A stretch of DNA of 49,713 nucleotides from Planctomycetota bacterium (lineage in GTDB: Bacteria > Planctomycetota > PLA2 > JAEUHO01). The stretch lies in the NCBI GenBank assembly GCA_026647295.1, contig JAPKHB010000001.1, positions 1 to 49,713 of the forward strand, read 5' to 3'. The position numbers and the translations under genes are program-made. Positions 37,580 through 47,046 of this stretch are shown piece after piece (the stretch's first letter is position 1; each line of letters starts with the position of its first letter). A model generated the notes under the pieces. The model saw nothing but the letters and a program-made list of their open reading frames with translations, was not told the DNA's origin and ran no database searches.

Positions 37580-38401
37580 ATGAGAAAGATCGTTGGATTG
37601 GCCCTGGTCGGCGCGGCCGTCGTCGCGTTCGTGGGCGCCGATGTGTTCTCCTCCGTCTACCACGGCGCCCGCAGCGCCGTGCGCGACGCCCTCACCGCGG
37701 AGATCCCCCTGGAGACGCAACTCGCCGAGGCGCGGGCCCAGGTGGACCGCTACGCGGAGAGCATCATCCGTGGCGAGGTCGCCGCGGAGAACCTCGATGA
37801 CATGATCGCCGGCGTGGAGCGGGAGGTGACGGGCCTGGCCGGGCGCGTCGCCCGCGAGCGCGACGCCCTGGCGACCCTGCGCGCGAGCCTCGGCGCCACG
37901 CAGCGCGGCGAGTTGGTCCCGGCGTCGCTCGACGCGCACGACGCCGACCAGGTCGAGGCCCTGCGCCGCGTGCGCGCCTTCGAGGCGGCGAGCGACCTGC
38001 TCGAACGCCGGCGCGCCGACCTCGCGCGCCTGCGCGCCGAGCACGGCGCCACCCGCCGGTCGCTCGAGCGCGCACGCGGCGAGCAGGCCCGGCTGGCGGA
38101 GGAGGTCCGCGTGCTGGCCGCCGAGCTCGAGTCCCTCGCCGCCCGCAAGGCGGCCGCCCGCACCCGCGAGGCGGTCGGGGCGGCGGGGCTTGCGCAAAGC
38201 GGCTACGCTGAGGCCCAGGCGCGCATCCAGCGCATCCGCAGCCAGGTCCGCGAGCAGAACAAGCTGCTCCAGTACTACGAGGTGGAGCGCGTCGGCACGT
38301 TGGCCGGGCCGGCCGACGGCGCCGGGGTCGAGGTCGACGTCGAGGTCGAGGACGCCGTGGGCGCCATCGACCAGGCGCTCGCGCGCTACGCGGTGCGCTA
38401 G
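37580..38401 (+). CDS. membrane-anchored coiled-coil protein, unknown function
   Basis: ATG 37580. N-terminal TM helix (IVGLALVGAAVVAFVG), then long heptad-like Ala/Glu/Arg/Leu helices. Lies 23 bp after the kinase stop. Confidence 0.55.
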   Translation: MRKIVGLALVGAAVVAFVGADVFSSVYHGARSAVRDALTAEIPLETQLAEARAQVDRYAESIIRGEVAAENLDDMIAGVEREVTGLAGRVARERDALATLRASLGATQRGELVPASLDAHDADQVEALRRVRAFEAASDLLERRRADLARLRAEHGATRRSLERARGEQARLAEEVRVLAAELESLAARKAAARTREAVGAAGLAQSGYAEAQARIQRIRSQVREQNKLLQYYEVERVGTLAGPADGAGVEVDVEVEDAVGAIDQALARYAVR

Positions 38402-38424
38402 GGGCGGGCCGGGAGGGCTGCGCC

Positions 38425-39306
38425 GTGCGTCGCCGGGGCCTTGGGGCGCTGACCCTGGTGCTGGCCGGGACCGTCGCCGCCGCCGCGCTCTCGGGGGCCG
38501 TCCTCGAGGCCGACCGGTCCGCGGCCCGCACGGGCCTCGGAGCGGCCCTCGGGGCCCTGGCGCCCGCGCCGGACGCGCCGCCGGCACGGGCCGCGGCGTG
38601 GGTGCGCGCGCGCGCCGCCCACGCGGCCGGCGACCTCGAGGCGCTCACCGAGGCGCTCGCGGGCCTGGCCGCCGCCGCCCCCGGCCCGCAGGTGCACGCG
38701 GCGCTGTCGCTCGCCCGGCGCGCCGCGGGCGACGCCGCCGGCGGCGCGCGCCACGCCCTCCTGGCCGCCCGGCTCGCGCCCGACGACCCGGGCGCGACAC
38801 GGCGTGCCGACGCGGCGCTGGACCGGGCCACGCTCGCGCGGGTGTGGGGGCCGCTCGAGGCGGCGGGCTGGGCCGCCGGCGCGTTGCTCGCCGCCCTCGC
38901 CCTGCGCGCGGCGGCGCGGCGGCGCCGCCGCCGGCGGCTGGAACGCTACGCCGAACAGGTGAGCGGCGAGCTGCGGCCCTGCGTGGACGGCGTGGCGGGC
39001 GCGCTACGCCTCGAGCCCTGGCACGAGCAGGCGGCGCTGGACCTCTTCCTCAAGGGGCGCCTGGGCCTGGCCCGCCCCCGGCCGCCGCGGCGTGCCCCGC
39101 CGCTCAAGCTCCGGCTCTCGCACGCCGGGGCCGGGCGCACGGTCCGGCTCGCCGAGCGCCCGGCGCTCGGTTCGGGCGCCGCGCGCGTGCGGCTCGGCCC
39201 GGGCGCGCTGGCGGCGCTGCGCGCCCACCCCGGGACCTGGCGCGCGGCGGCCGTCGTCGCGGACCGGGTCGTGGCGTGCTGCACGTTGGAGGTCGCCCCG
39301 CCGTAG
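38425..39306 (+). CDS. hypothetical membrane protein
   Basis: GTG 38425 is preceded by GGGAGGG. Has a signal/TM at the N-terminus and a second TM (WAAGALLAALALRAAA) followed by an RRRRRRR stop-transfer. No family recognised. Confidence 0.45.
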   Translation: MRRRGLGALTLVLAGTVAAAALSGAVLEADRSAARTGLGAALGALAPAPDAPPARAAAWVRARAAHAAGDLEALTEALAGLAAAAPGPQVHAALSLARRAAGDAAGGARHALLAARLAPDDPGATRRADAALDRATLARVWGPLEAAGWAAGALLAALALRAAARRRRRRRLERYAEQVSGELRPCVDGVAGALRLEPWHEQAALDLFLKGRLGLARPRPPRRAPPLKLRLSHAGAGRTVRLAERPALGSGAARVRLGPGALAALRAHPGTWRAAAVVADRVVACCTLEVAPP

Positions 39307-39326
39307 CCGACGAGCCGGCCGGGGGG

Positions 39327-39369
39327 CTCGAATGATGCACCGGAGCCTGGCTCCGTACGTGCATTCGAG
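39327..39369 (-). repeat. palindromic intergenic repeat, copy 3 (inverted)
   Basis: The reverse complement reads ctcgaatgcacgTACGGAGCCAGGCTCCGGTGCATCAttcgag. Lies between convergent stops at 39306 (+) and 39394 (-). Confidence 0.9.
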
Positions 39370-39393
39370 GAGGCGGGAGCGCTTCGGCCCCGC

Positions 39394-41253
39394 TCACGGG
39401 CCAGCCGGGGCGCCGAGCACCCACTCGCCCAGCGCGTCGGGGCGCTCGCCGTGCAGGAAGAGCCGCGCCCACAGTTCCACGCCGACCAGCAGGTAGCGCA
39501 GCGTCGAGTTGGCCTCCACGCGCCCGAGCAGCCGGTCCTCGTGGGCCCGGTCCCAGCGCAGGAGTTCGCCGGCGCGCCCCCGGCGCAGCAGGCGCGCCGT
39601 ACCCGCGTGGAAGGCGGGCGGGACGGGAAAGCCGCGCTTGCGCGCGCGGATCGTCGCCCGGGGCAGGTGCGCCGCCGCGACCCCCCGCAACGCCCACTTC
39701 GCCACCCCGCGCCGCAACTTGAAGCGCGGGTGCAGATGCAACCCGAAGTCGATGACCGCGTTGGACAGGAACGGGACGCGCATCTCCAGCCCGGCCCCCA
39801 TCCCCGCCCGGTCGTGGCGCAGGAGCAGCGACTCGAGGTGCGTGTGCAGGTCCTCCAGGCCCTGGGCCGCCAGGGCCCGTTCGCCGGGGCGCGCCAGGGG
39901 CGCCAGCCGCTCCCACAGCGCAGCGCCCCGCATCTCGCGCGCCATCTGCAAGCCCGCGCAGAGGCGCTCGCGCAGGTCCCCCTCCCGGCGGCCCGGGCCC
40001 TCGGCCAGCGGGGAGAAGGCCTCCCGCTCGGCGCGCCGGGCGCGCCGCCCCCGGCCCATCAGCCAACGCCGGCGCCCCCGCGCCGCCCACTCCCGGGCGA
40101 GCCGGACCTGCCAACGGTAGCCCCCCAGCAACTCGTCGGCCCCCTCCCCGGTGAGCAGCACGCGCACGCCGTCGGCGCGGCAGCGCCGGGCGACCAGCAG
40201 GTGCGCGGCGTCGCTCGGATGGAAGGAGGGCGCCTCCCGCATCCAGATCGCCTCGGGCCAGGTCCGCAGCCACGCCTCGCGGTCGACCGGCACGGGGCGC
40301 AACGCGACGCCCAGGTGCCGCGCGACGGCGGCGGCCGCCGGCGCCTCGCTCGCCTGCCCGGCGATGTCGGCGACGTAGGCCGAGAGGTCGGGCCGGTGCC
40401 GCCGCGCCAGCGCGGTCACCAGGCTGCTGTCCACGCCGCCGCTGCACATCGTGGCCAGCGGCACGTCGCTGGCGAGGTGGCGCTCGACGCTCGGGGCGAG
40501 CCGGTCGGCCAGCGCCGCGACGACCTCGGCCGGCCGGCGCGCCCGCCCCGCGACGAGGCGGTCCACCTCCACGCGCTCGATGAGGTCGTACCAGCGCCCG
40601 CGCTCGATGCCCCGGCGGTCCACGCGCCACAGCCCGCCCGGCGGGACCGTCTCGACCCCCTCGAAGGGCGTCCAGGGCGCGTCGACGCGGCTGCGCGCCA
40701 CCAGGGCCACCAGCGCCTGCATGTCGGGCCGCACCGCGAACTCCGGGTGTTCGAGAAACGCCTTCACCTCGGAGGCCACCAACACGCGCGCCCCCACCAC
40801 GGCGACGTGCAGCGGCTTGATGCCCAGCCGGTCGCGGGCGAGCCACAACGCCTCCTCGCGCGCGTCGTACCAGGCGAAGGCGAACATCCCGTCCAGGCGC
40901 TCGACCGTGGCGCGGGGTCCGTAGCGCCGAAGGGCGCCGAACAGCACCTGGGCGTCGCCGGTGCTCGTGAAGGACTCGCCCAGCGCCTCGAGCTCGACGC
41001 GCAAGGCGCGGTAGTTGTAGACCTCGCCGTTGTAGACGAGCGCCGCGCGGCCGTCGGGGGTGGCCATCGGCTGGTGTCCGCCGGGCCCGAGGTCCAGGAT
41101 CGAAAGCCGCCGGTGGCCGAGGAAGAGGTCGCCCCCGCGCCAGGTGCCCGCGTCGTCCGGGCCGCGGTGGGCCAGGGCGGCGAGCATCCGGTCCAGGACC
41201 CCGGGCGCCGTGGCAGGCGCCCCGCGGTCCCAGACGGCCAGCAGTCCGCACAT
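39394..41253 (-). CDS. asnB: asparagine synthase (glutamine-hydrolysing)-like amidotransferase
   Basis: The second ATG (41253) is preceded by GGAGG and gives MCGL (Cys2 Ntn nucleophile). SILDL, YNGEVYN, and the PP-loop CSGGVDSS. Confidence 0.85.
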   Translation of the reverse strand: MCGLLAVWDRGAPATAPGVLDRMLAALAHRGPDDAGTWRGGDLFLGHRRLSILDLGPGGHQPMATPDGRAALVYNGEVYNYRALRVELEALGESFTSTGDAQVLFGALRRYGPRATVERLDGMFAFAWYDAREEALWLARDRLGIKPLHVAVVGARVLVASEVKAFLEHPEFAVRPDMQALVALVARSRVDAPWTPFEGVETVPPGGLWRVDRRGIERGRWYDLIERVEVDRLVAGRARRPAEVVAALADRLAPSVERHLASDVPLATMCSGGVDSSLVTALARRHRPDLSAYVADIAGQASEAPAAAAVARHLGVALRPVPVDREAWLRTWPEAIWMREAPSFHPSDAAHLLVARRCRADGVRVLLTGEGADELLGGYRWQVRLAREWAARGRRRWLMGRGRRARRAEREAFSPLAEGPGRREGDLRERLCAGLQMAREMRGAALWERLAPLARPGERALAAQGLEDLHTHLESLLLRHDRAGMGAGLEMRVPFLSNAVIDFGLHLHPRFKLRRGVAKWALRGVAAAHLPRATIRARKRGFPVPPAFHAGTARLLRRGRAGELLRWDRAHEDRLLGRVEANSTLRYLLVGVELWARLFLHGERPDALGEWVLGAPAGP

Positions 41254-41390
41254 CGCGCCTCCCATCGCCCGCGGGCGTGGGGCGCAAGGCTACCCGGAGT
41301 CCGACGCGTCCGCGGGCCCGGGCGGTCGGGCGAAGCCGTCGTCCGGGGGGAGCGGCGGGCGCGGTCCCGCCAGTTCGTGCCCGCGTCGGG

Positions 41391-42554
41391 CTAGAGCCGC
41401 GCGACGGCCTCGCGCAGGCCGGCGGGCGTGAGCGGGTACATCCGGCCACGCAGGAGCGCCCGGATCAGCCCCGTGGAGGCGGTGGAGGGCCAGGCCGCCT
41501 CGGGCACGGGGTTGAGCCAGACCAGGTGGGGCCAGCGCGCCACGGCCCGGCGCAGCCACTCGGCCCCCGGTTCGGCGTTGTCGTGTTCCACGGAGCCACC
41601 GGCGTGGGTGACCTCGATCGGGTGCATCTGCGCGTCGCCGACGAAGACGACGCGCCAACGCGCGTCGTGGGCCTTGAGGAGTTGCACGGTGGGCAGCGTC
41701 TCGACGTGGCGGCGGCGGTTGTCGCGCCAGACGCGCTCGTAGAGGCAGTTGTGGAAGTAGTAGGACTCCAGGCGCTCGAACTCGGAGCGCGCGGCGGAGA
41801 AGAGCCGTTCGACCCGGCGCACGTGCGCGTCCATCGAACCCCCCGCGTCCAGGAGGAGCAGGACGCGCGTCGCGTTGCGCCGCCGGCGGGCCATGCGCAG
41901 GTCGAGCCAACCGCCGTTGCGGGCCGTGGCGCGGAGGGTCTCGGCGAGGTCCAGGTCCTCGGCCGCCCCCTCGCGGGCCCAGCGCCGAAGCCGGCGCAGC
42001 GCCACCTGGAAGGCCCGCGTGCCCAGGCCCACCCGGTCGTCCAGGTTGCGGTACTCCCGCCGCTCCCAGACCTTGAGCGCGCGTCCGGCCCGCCCCGGAC
42101 CCCGTCCGAGCCGGATCCCCGCGGGGGCGTAGCCCGCGGCACCCAAGGGGGACGTGCCCCGCGTCCCCACCCAGTGGCTCCCGCCCTCGTGGCGGCCGTC
42201 CTGCCCGGCGAGGCGCTGCCGCAGCGCCTCCGTGAGGGCGTCCACGCCGCCGCGGACGTCGATCGCGGCGCGCTCCTCGGGCGTGAAGCGCCGCGCGGCC
42301 TCCCACCGCAGCCAGGCTTCGGGGATCTCGATCGGGGCGTCCGCCGGCCGGCCCCCGAGCGCCTCGGCAAAGGCCCGATCGAAGCGGTCGAAGTGCCGCT
42401 CGTCCTTGACCAGCGCGGTGCGGGCCAGGTGGTAGAAGCCCTGCGTGCCGGGCGGGACGACCCCGGCGCGGAGCGCGCCGAGCAACGCGAGGTGCTCGCC
42501 GAGGCTCACGGGGACGCCCGCGCGCCGCAGGGCGTGGACGAGGCGTTCGAACAC
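41391..42554 (-). CDS. VWA-domain protein, CoxE-like
   Basis: GTG 42554 is 5 nt after the MoxR stop. RVLLLLDAGGSMD MIDAS-type motif. The N-terminal FERLVHALRRAGVPVSLGE is typical of CoxE-like VWA proteins. Confidence 0.8.
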   Translation of the reverse strand: MFERLVHALRRAGVPVSLGEHLALLGALRAGVVPPGTQGFYHLARTALVKDERHFDRFDRAFAEALGGRPADAPIEIPEAWLRWEAARRFTPEERAAIDVRGGVDALTEALRQRLAGQDGRHEGGSHWVGTRGTSPLGAAGYAPAGIRLGRGPGRAGRALKVWERREYRNLDDRVGLGTRAFQVALRRLRRWAREGAAEDLDLAETLRATARNGGWLDLRMARRRRNATRVLLLLDAGGSMDAHVRRVERLFSAARSEFERLESYYFHNCLYERVWRDNRRRHVETLPTVQLLKAHDARWRVVFVGDAQMHPIEVTHAGGSVEHDNAEPGAEWLRRAVARWPHLVWLNPVPEAAWPSTASTGLIRALLRGRMYPLTPAGLREAVARL

Positions 42555-42559
42555 CGCCC

Positions 42560-43444
42560 CTACCCGACCCGCCCCGCGACCGGTGCGCCCCCGGCCGCGC
42601 CCAGGTCGTGCTCGTGCTTGAGCAGCGCACCGGCGAGCGGCGGCAGGCTGCGGCCGCCCCGCGCGGCCCGGACCGCCCCCGGCGCGACGCCTTCGGCGAG
42701 CAGCAGGTGGATCCAGTCGAGCAACTCGGAGGTGGAGGGGCGCTTCTTGAGGCCCGGCACCTCGCGCAGCCCGTAGAACGCGTCGAGCGCGGCCGCGAGG
42801 AGGTCGCGCCCCAGGTCCGGGTGGTGCGCGCGCACGATGCGTGCCATCGTCTCGGGGTCGGGGAAGCGCAGGTAGTGGAAGAAGCAACGCCGCAGGAAGG
42901 CGTCGGGCAGTTCCTTCTCGTCGTTCGACGTGATCAGCACCACCGGCCGGTGGCGGGCGCGCACGGTCTCGCGCGTCTCGTGCACGTAGAACTCCATGCG
43001 GTCGAGTTCCTGCAACAGGTCGTTGGGGAACTCCAGGTCGGCCTTGTCGACCTCGTCGATCAGCAACACCGCCCCCGCGGGCGCCTCGAACGCCTCCCAG
43101 ACCTTGCCGCGCACGATGTAGTTGCGGATGTCGTGGACCCGCTCGCTGCCCAGCTGCGAGTCGCGCAGCCGGGCGACGGCGTCGTACTCGTACAGCCCGT
43201 GCTGGGCCTTCGTGGTCGACTTCACGTGCCACTCGATCAGGGGGCGGCCGAGGGCCGCCGCCACCTCGCGCGCGAGCACGGTCTTGCCCGTGCCGGGCTC
43301 GCCCTTGACGAGCAGCGGGCGCCCGAGCGCGACCGCCGCGTTGACGGCCACGATCAGGTCGGGGGTGGCGATGTAGGTCGCCGTGCCCTCAAAGCCCGGG
43401 CCCGGGGGGCCCGCGCGCCACGGCTGGCCCGGGGTCGGATCCAT
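42560..43444 (-). CDS. MoxR-like AAA+ ATPase (AAA_5 type)
   Basis: ATG 43444 within ORF 42560-43591. Walker A GEPGTGKT, Walker B LLIDEVDKA, VVLITSN, and FLRRCFFHYL typical of this clade. Confidence 0.9.
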   Translation of the reverse strand: MDPTPGQPWRAGPPGPGFEGTATYIATPDLIVAVNAAVALGRPLLVKGEPGTGKTVLAREVAAALGRPLIEWHVKSTTKAQHGLYEYDAVARLRDSQLGSERVHDIRNYIVRGKVWEAFEAPAGAVLLIDEVDKADLEFPNDLLQELDRMEFYVHETRETVRARHRPVVLITSNDEKELPDAFLRRCFFHYLRFPDPETMARIVRAHHPDLGRDLLAAALDAFYGLREVPGLKKRPSTSELLDWIHLLLAEGVAPGAVRAARGGRSLPPLAGALLKHEHDLGAAGGAPVAGRVG

Positions 43445-43581
43445 GGGGAGGCATGGTCGGGGCGCCGCCGGGGGGCACAAGGTTGGACCCGGGCCGGGGT
43501 GGGGCGAGGATCGGCGCGCGGGCCGAATCCGGCGCGGGCCGGGCGCGCGCCGGGGGCCGGCCGCCCGCACGGAGGCGCGCC

Positions 43582-45084
43582 ATGGACGCACGGCACTGGA
43601 TCGGGGGCGAGTGGATCGACGCGGGGGCCGACGCCCTGCCGCTGATCGATCCGGCGACCGGCCGAACGGTCGGCCGGGCGCCCCGCGGCGGGGCCGCGGA
43701 GGTGGACGCGGCCGTGGAGGCGGCGCGCCGCGCGCTGGAGCCCTGGGCCGCGACGCCGGCGCCCCGGCGCGCGGAGGTGCTGCTGCGGCTGGCCCGCGTG
43801 CTCGCCGAGCGCAAGGACGAGTTGGCCCACGCCGTGACCCACGAGATGGGCAAGGTGCGGCTCGAGGCGCGCGGAGACGTCCAGGAGGCGATCGACATGG
43901 CCGCCTACATGGCGGGGGAAGGCCGCCGGCTCTACGGCCACACGACGCCGAGCGAACTGCCCGACAAGCTCTGCTTCACGCTGCGCGAGCCGGTCGGCGT
44001 GTGCGGCCTGATCACGCCGTGGAACTTCCCAGTGGCCATCCCGGCCTGGAAGTCGCTCCCGGCGCTGGTGTGCGGCAACACGGTGGTGCTCAAGGCCTCC
44101 GAGGAGACGGGCTACTCGGCCACCCTGTACGCGCGCTGCCTGGAGGAGGCGGGCCTGCCGCCCGGGGTGCTCAACCTGGTGCACGGCACGGGCGAGGAGG
44201 CCGGCGACCCGCTGGTTCGGCATCCGCACGTGCCGGCGATTTCGCTCACGGGGTCGCTGGCCACCGGCCAGACGGTGGCCCGCCACGCGGCCCCGCAGCT
44301 CAAGCGGCTGCACGTGGAGTTGGGCGGGAAGAACGCGATCCTGGTCCTGGCCGACGCGGACCTGGACTTCGCGGCCCAGGCGATCCTGTGGTCGGCCTTC
44401 GGCACCAGCGGCCAGCGCTGCACCGCCGCCAGCCGCATCCTGGTGGAGGCCCCGGTGTACGAGGCCCTGGCCGCGCGCCTGGTGGCCGGGGCCCGGCGGC
44501 TGCGCCTCGGCCACGGCTGGTCCGACGCCGTGGAGGTGGGCCCGCTCGTGCGCCCCGCGGCGCGGGAGAAGGTGGAGCGCTACGTGCGCATCGGCGTGGA
44601 GGAGGACGGCGCCCGGCTGCTCACGGGCGGCCGGCGCGCCCACCCCTCGCCCGAGACCGCGGGCGGCTGGTTCTTCGAGCCCACGATCTTCGGCGAGGCC
44701 CGGCCCGACATGCGCATCGCCCAGGAGGAGATCTTCGGCCCGGTGACCGCGCTGCTACGGGTCCGGGACCTGGACGAGGCCCTCGCGGTGCACAACGGGA
44801 CGCCCTTCGGGCTCTCCGGGGCCGTCATCACGCGCGACCTGGCGCGCGCCATGAAGGCGATGCGGGCGATGAAGGCCGGCATCGTCTACCTGCACAACGG
44901 GACGATCGGGGCGGAGGTCCACCTGCCCTTTGGCGGCGTCAAGGGGACGGGGAACGGCCACCGCGAGGCGGGCATCGCCGGCATCGACTTCTACTCCGAG
45001 CTCAAGACGGTGTACGTCGACTACAGCGGGGGCCTGCAGCGCGCGCAGATCGACACCCCGCGGGACCCGGACGACCCGCGTTAG
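43582..45084 (+). CDS. NAD(P)-dependent aldehyde dehydrogenase
   Basis: ATG 43582 is preceded by GGAGG. ITPWNFP, VELGGKN, catalytic GQRCTA and EEIFGPV motifs. Confidence 0.9.
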   Translation: MDARHWIGGEWIDAGADALPLIDPATGRTVGRAPRGGAAEVDAAVEAARRALEPWAATPAPRRAEVLLRLARVLAERKDELAHAVTHEMGKVRLEARGDVQEAIDMAAYMAGEGRRLYGHTTPSELPDKLCFTLREPVGVCGLITPWNFPVAIPAWKSLPALVCGNTVVLKASEETGYSATLYARCLEEAGLPPGVLNLVHGTGEEAGDPLVRHPHVPAISLTGSLATGQTVARHAAPQLKRLHVELGGKNAILVLADADLDFAAQAILWSAFGTSGQRCTAASRILVEAPVYEALAARLVAGARRLRLGHGWSDAVEVGPLVRPAAREKVERYVRIGVEEDGARLLTGGRRAHPSPETAGGWFFEPTIFGEARPDMRIAQEEIFGPVTALLRVRDLDEALAVHNGTPFGLSGAVITRDLARAMKAMRAMKAGIVYLHNGTIGAEVHLPFGGVKGTGNGHREAGIAGIDFYSELKTVYVDYSGGLQRAQIDTPRDPDDPR

Positions 45085-45146
45085 CGTCAAGTTCTGTGCC
45101 CGGCGCGCCGAAGAGAGAGGACAGCGTGTCGCGCACCGGAGGCCCG

Positions 45147-46931
45147 ATGTCCACTTGTCTTGTGCCCCGGGCCGGCCGCGACCGGCCGGCCGCCTGGCTG
45201 GGCCTGTGCCTGGTCGCGCTGGCGCTGGCCCCGGGCCGCGCGGGCGCCGAGGACCCGGCCGCCCCGGCCACCCGGGCGGACGTCTTCCCGCTGGCGTCGA
45301 TCAGGCCCGGCCTGCGCGGGCACGGCCTCACCGTGCGGTCGGGCACCCGGGTCGAGCGCTTCGAGGTCGAGGTGATCGACGTGATCCACCACGCCCTGGT
45401 CAAGCAGGACCTGATCCTGGTGCGCTGCCTGGGCGAGGACTTCGCCGACCACCAGATCGCCCAGGGCATGAGCGGATCCCCCGTCTACTTCGAGGGGCGC
45501 TGCGCCGGCGCCCTGGCCTACACCTGGGCCTGGGCCAAGCACGCGGTCGGCGGCGTCACGCCCATCGAGGCCCTGCTCGCCGAGGGCGCCCGGCCGCTGG
45601 AGGGCCGGCCGACCGGGCGGGACCCGCCCACCGGGCCGCGCCGACCGCCGCTGCCCGTCGCCGCCGAGGGCGGCCTGGGCCTCACCCCCATCGGCCTGCC
45701 GCTGGCCCTGGGCGGGTACTCGGCCGCCGGCCGCGCCGCGGTCGCCGACGCGCTCGCCGGCCGGGGCCTGGTGCCCTGCCCCGGCCCGGGCGCCCCCGGC
45801 GGGGCGGGCTCGTGGGCGGACCGCGACGCCCCCGTCGAGCCCGGCAGCGTCCTGGTGGTGGACCTTGCGCGGGGGGACTTCTCCGCGGCGGTCTCGGGCA
45901 CCGTGACCTTCGTGGACGGCGAGAAGGTCTACGGCTTCGGCCACCCCTTCGACGGCCTGGGCGAGACCGAGTTGCCCATGAGCCTGGGCTACGCCTACGC
46001 GGTCGTGGCCAGCCGCCAGATCTCGTTCAAGTTGAGCGGCTCGCTGCGCCCCATCGGCCGGCTGGTGCAGGACCGCGACCCGGGCGTGGTCGGCGTGCTG
46101 GGCGCCCCGGCGCGCATGGTCCCCTTCCGGGTGGCCTTTGGCAACGCGGTCACGGGCCGGCGCGAGGAGTTCCGCTTCGAGATCACGCCCAACACCCTCT
46201 TCTTCCAGCCCCTGGCCGTCGCCGCGCTGCGCGACTGCTTCGCCCGCGCCGAGACCACGCTCGGCCCGAACACCAAGCGGGTGCGCATGACGGTGCACAT
46301 CGAGGGCATGGAGCCGTGGACCTTCGAGGACGCCGTCGGGGGCTTCGACGGCGGCTTCCAGCGGACGCTGATCCACCTGCTGGACCGGCCCCTCAACGAC
46401 GAGCACCTGCGGGTGGAGTTCGAGTCCTTCGAACTGGAGGTGGAGGTCGAGCACCAGGACCGGCGCGCGTTCGTGCGCTCGGTCACCGCGGACCGAGACG
46501 AGGCGCGCCCCGGGGAGACGGTCGGCCTCGACGTGCTGTTGGTGCGCAAGGACGGCGGCGCCTGGGTGCGCGAGCGCCTCGAGGTGCGCGTGCCGGCCGA
46601 CGCCCCCGCCGGAAACTACGAGATCCTCGTGGTGGGCGGAGACTTCGTCCCCGCGGAGGTGCCGGCCCCGGTGGACATCGGCCAGATGCCGCGCGAGTAC
46701 GAGGCGCCGCTCAAGAGCACGGACCTGGTGGCCGTGTTGCCCACGGCCCGCGTGGACGTGGACTGGGAGGGGCACCTGCTCCGGCGCCTGCCCCTGTCGG
46801 CCCTGCCGCGCATCGCCCGCTCCCCGGCGGGGACGGGGCTGCGCCTCAGGCCCGCAACCGAGCGGGTGGTGCGCGCCGTACCGTACGTCGTCGAAGGCCG
46901 CGCCAGCGTGAGCGTGCGGGTCGCCCGGTAG
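45147..46931 (+). CDS. secreted SpoIVB-like serine peptidase (S55 family) domain protein
   Basis: ATG 45147 is preceded by GGAGG. Signal peptide present. IAQGMSGSPVYFEGRCAGALAY resembles the SpoIVB catalytic Ser region. Long beta-rich C-terminal part. Confidence 0.65.
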   Translation: MSTCLVPRAGRDRPAAWLGLCLVALALAPGRAGAEDPAAPATRADVFPLASIRPGLRGHGLTVRSGTRVERFEVEVIDVIHHALVKQDLILVRCLGEDFADHQIAQGMSGSPVYFEGRCAGALAYTWAWAKHAVGGVTPIEALLAEGARPLEGRPTGRDPPTGPRRPPLPVAAEGGLGLTPIGLPLALGGYSAAGRAAVADALAGRGLVPCPGPGAPGGAGSWADRDAPVEPGSVLVVDLARGDFSAAVSGTVTFVDGEKVYGFGHPFDGLGETELPMSLGYAYAVVASRQISFKLSGSLRPIGRLVQDRDPGVVGVLGAPARMVPFRVAFGNAVTGRREEFRFEITPNTLFFQPLAVAALRDCFARAETTLGPNTKRVRMTVHIEGMEPWTFEDAVGGFDGGFQRTLIHLLDRPLNDEHLRVEFESFELEVEVEHQDRRAFVRSVTADRDEARPGETVGLDVLLVRKDGGAWVRERLEVRVPADAPAGNYEILVVGGDFVPAEVPAPVDIGQMPREYEAPLKSTDLVAVLPTARVDVDWEGHLLRRLPLSALPRIARSPAGTGLRLRPATERVVRAVPYVVEGRASVSVRVAR

Positions 46932-47046
46932 CCCCGCCCATGCGCGCCGAGCGACGGTCCTTGCCGACCCCGTCCGCCCCGCGGATCGTCCCTTCGGCCC
47001 CGGGCCGGGCGTCCGCGCCCGGGCGCGGGGTCCCCTCGGAGGCTCC

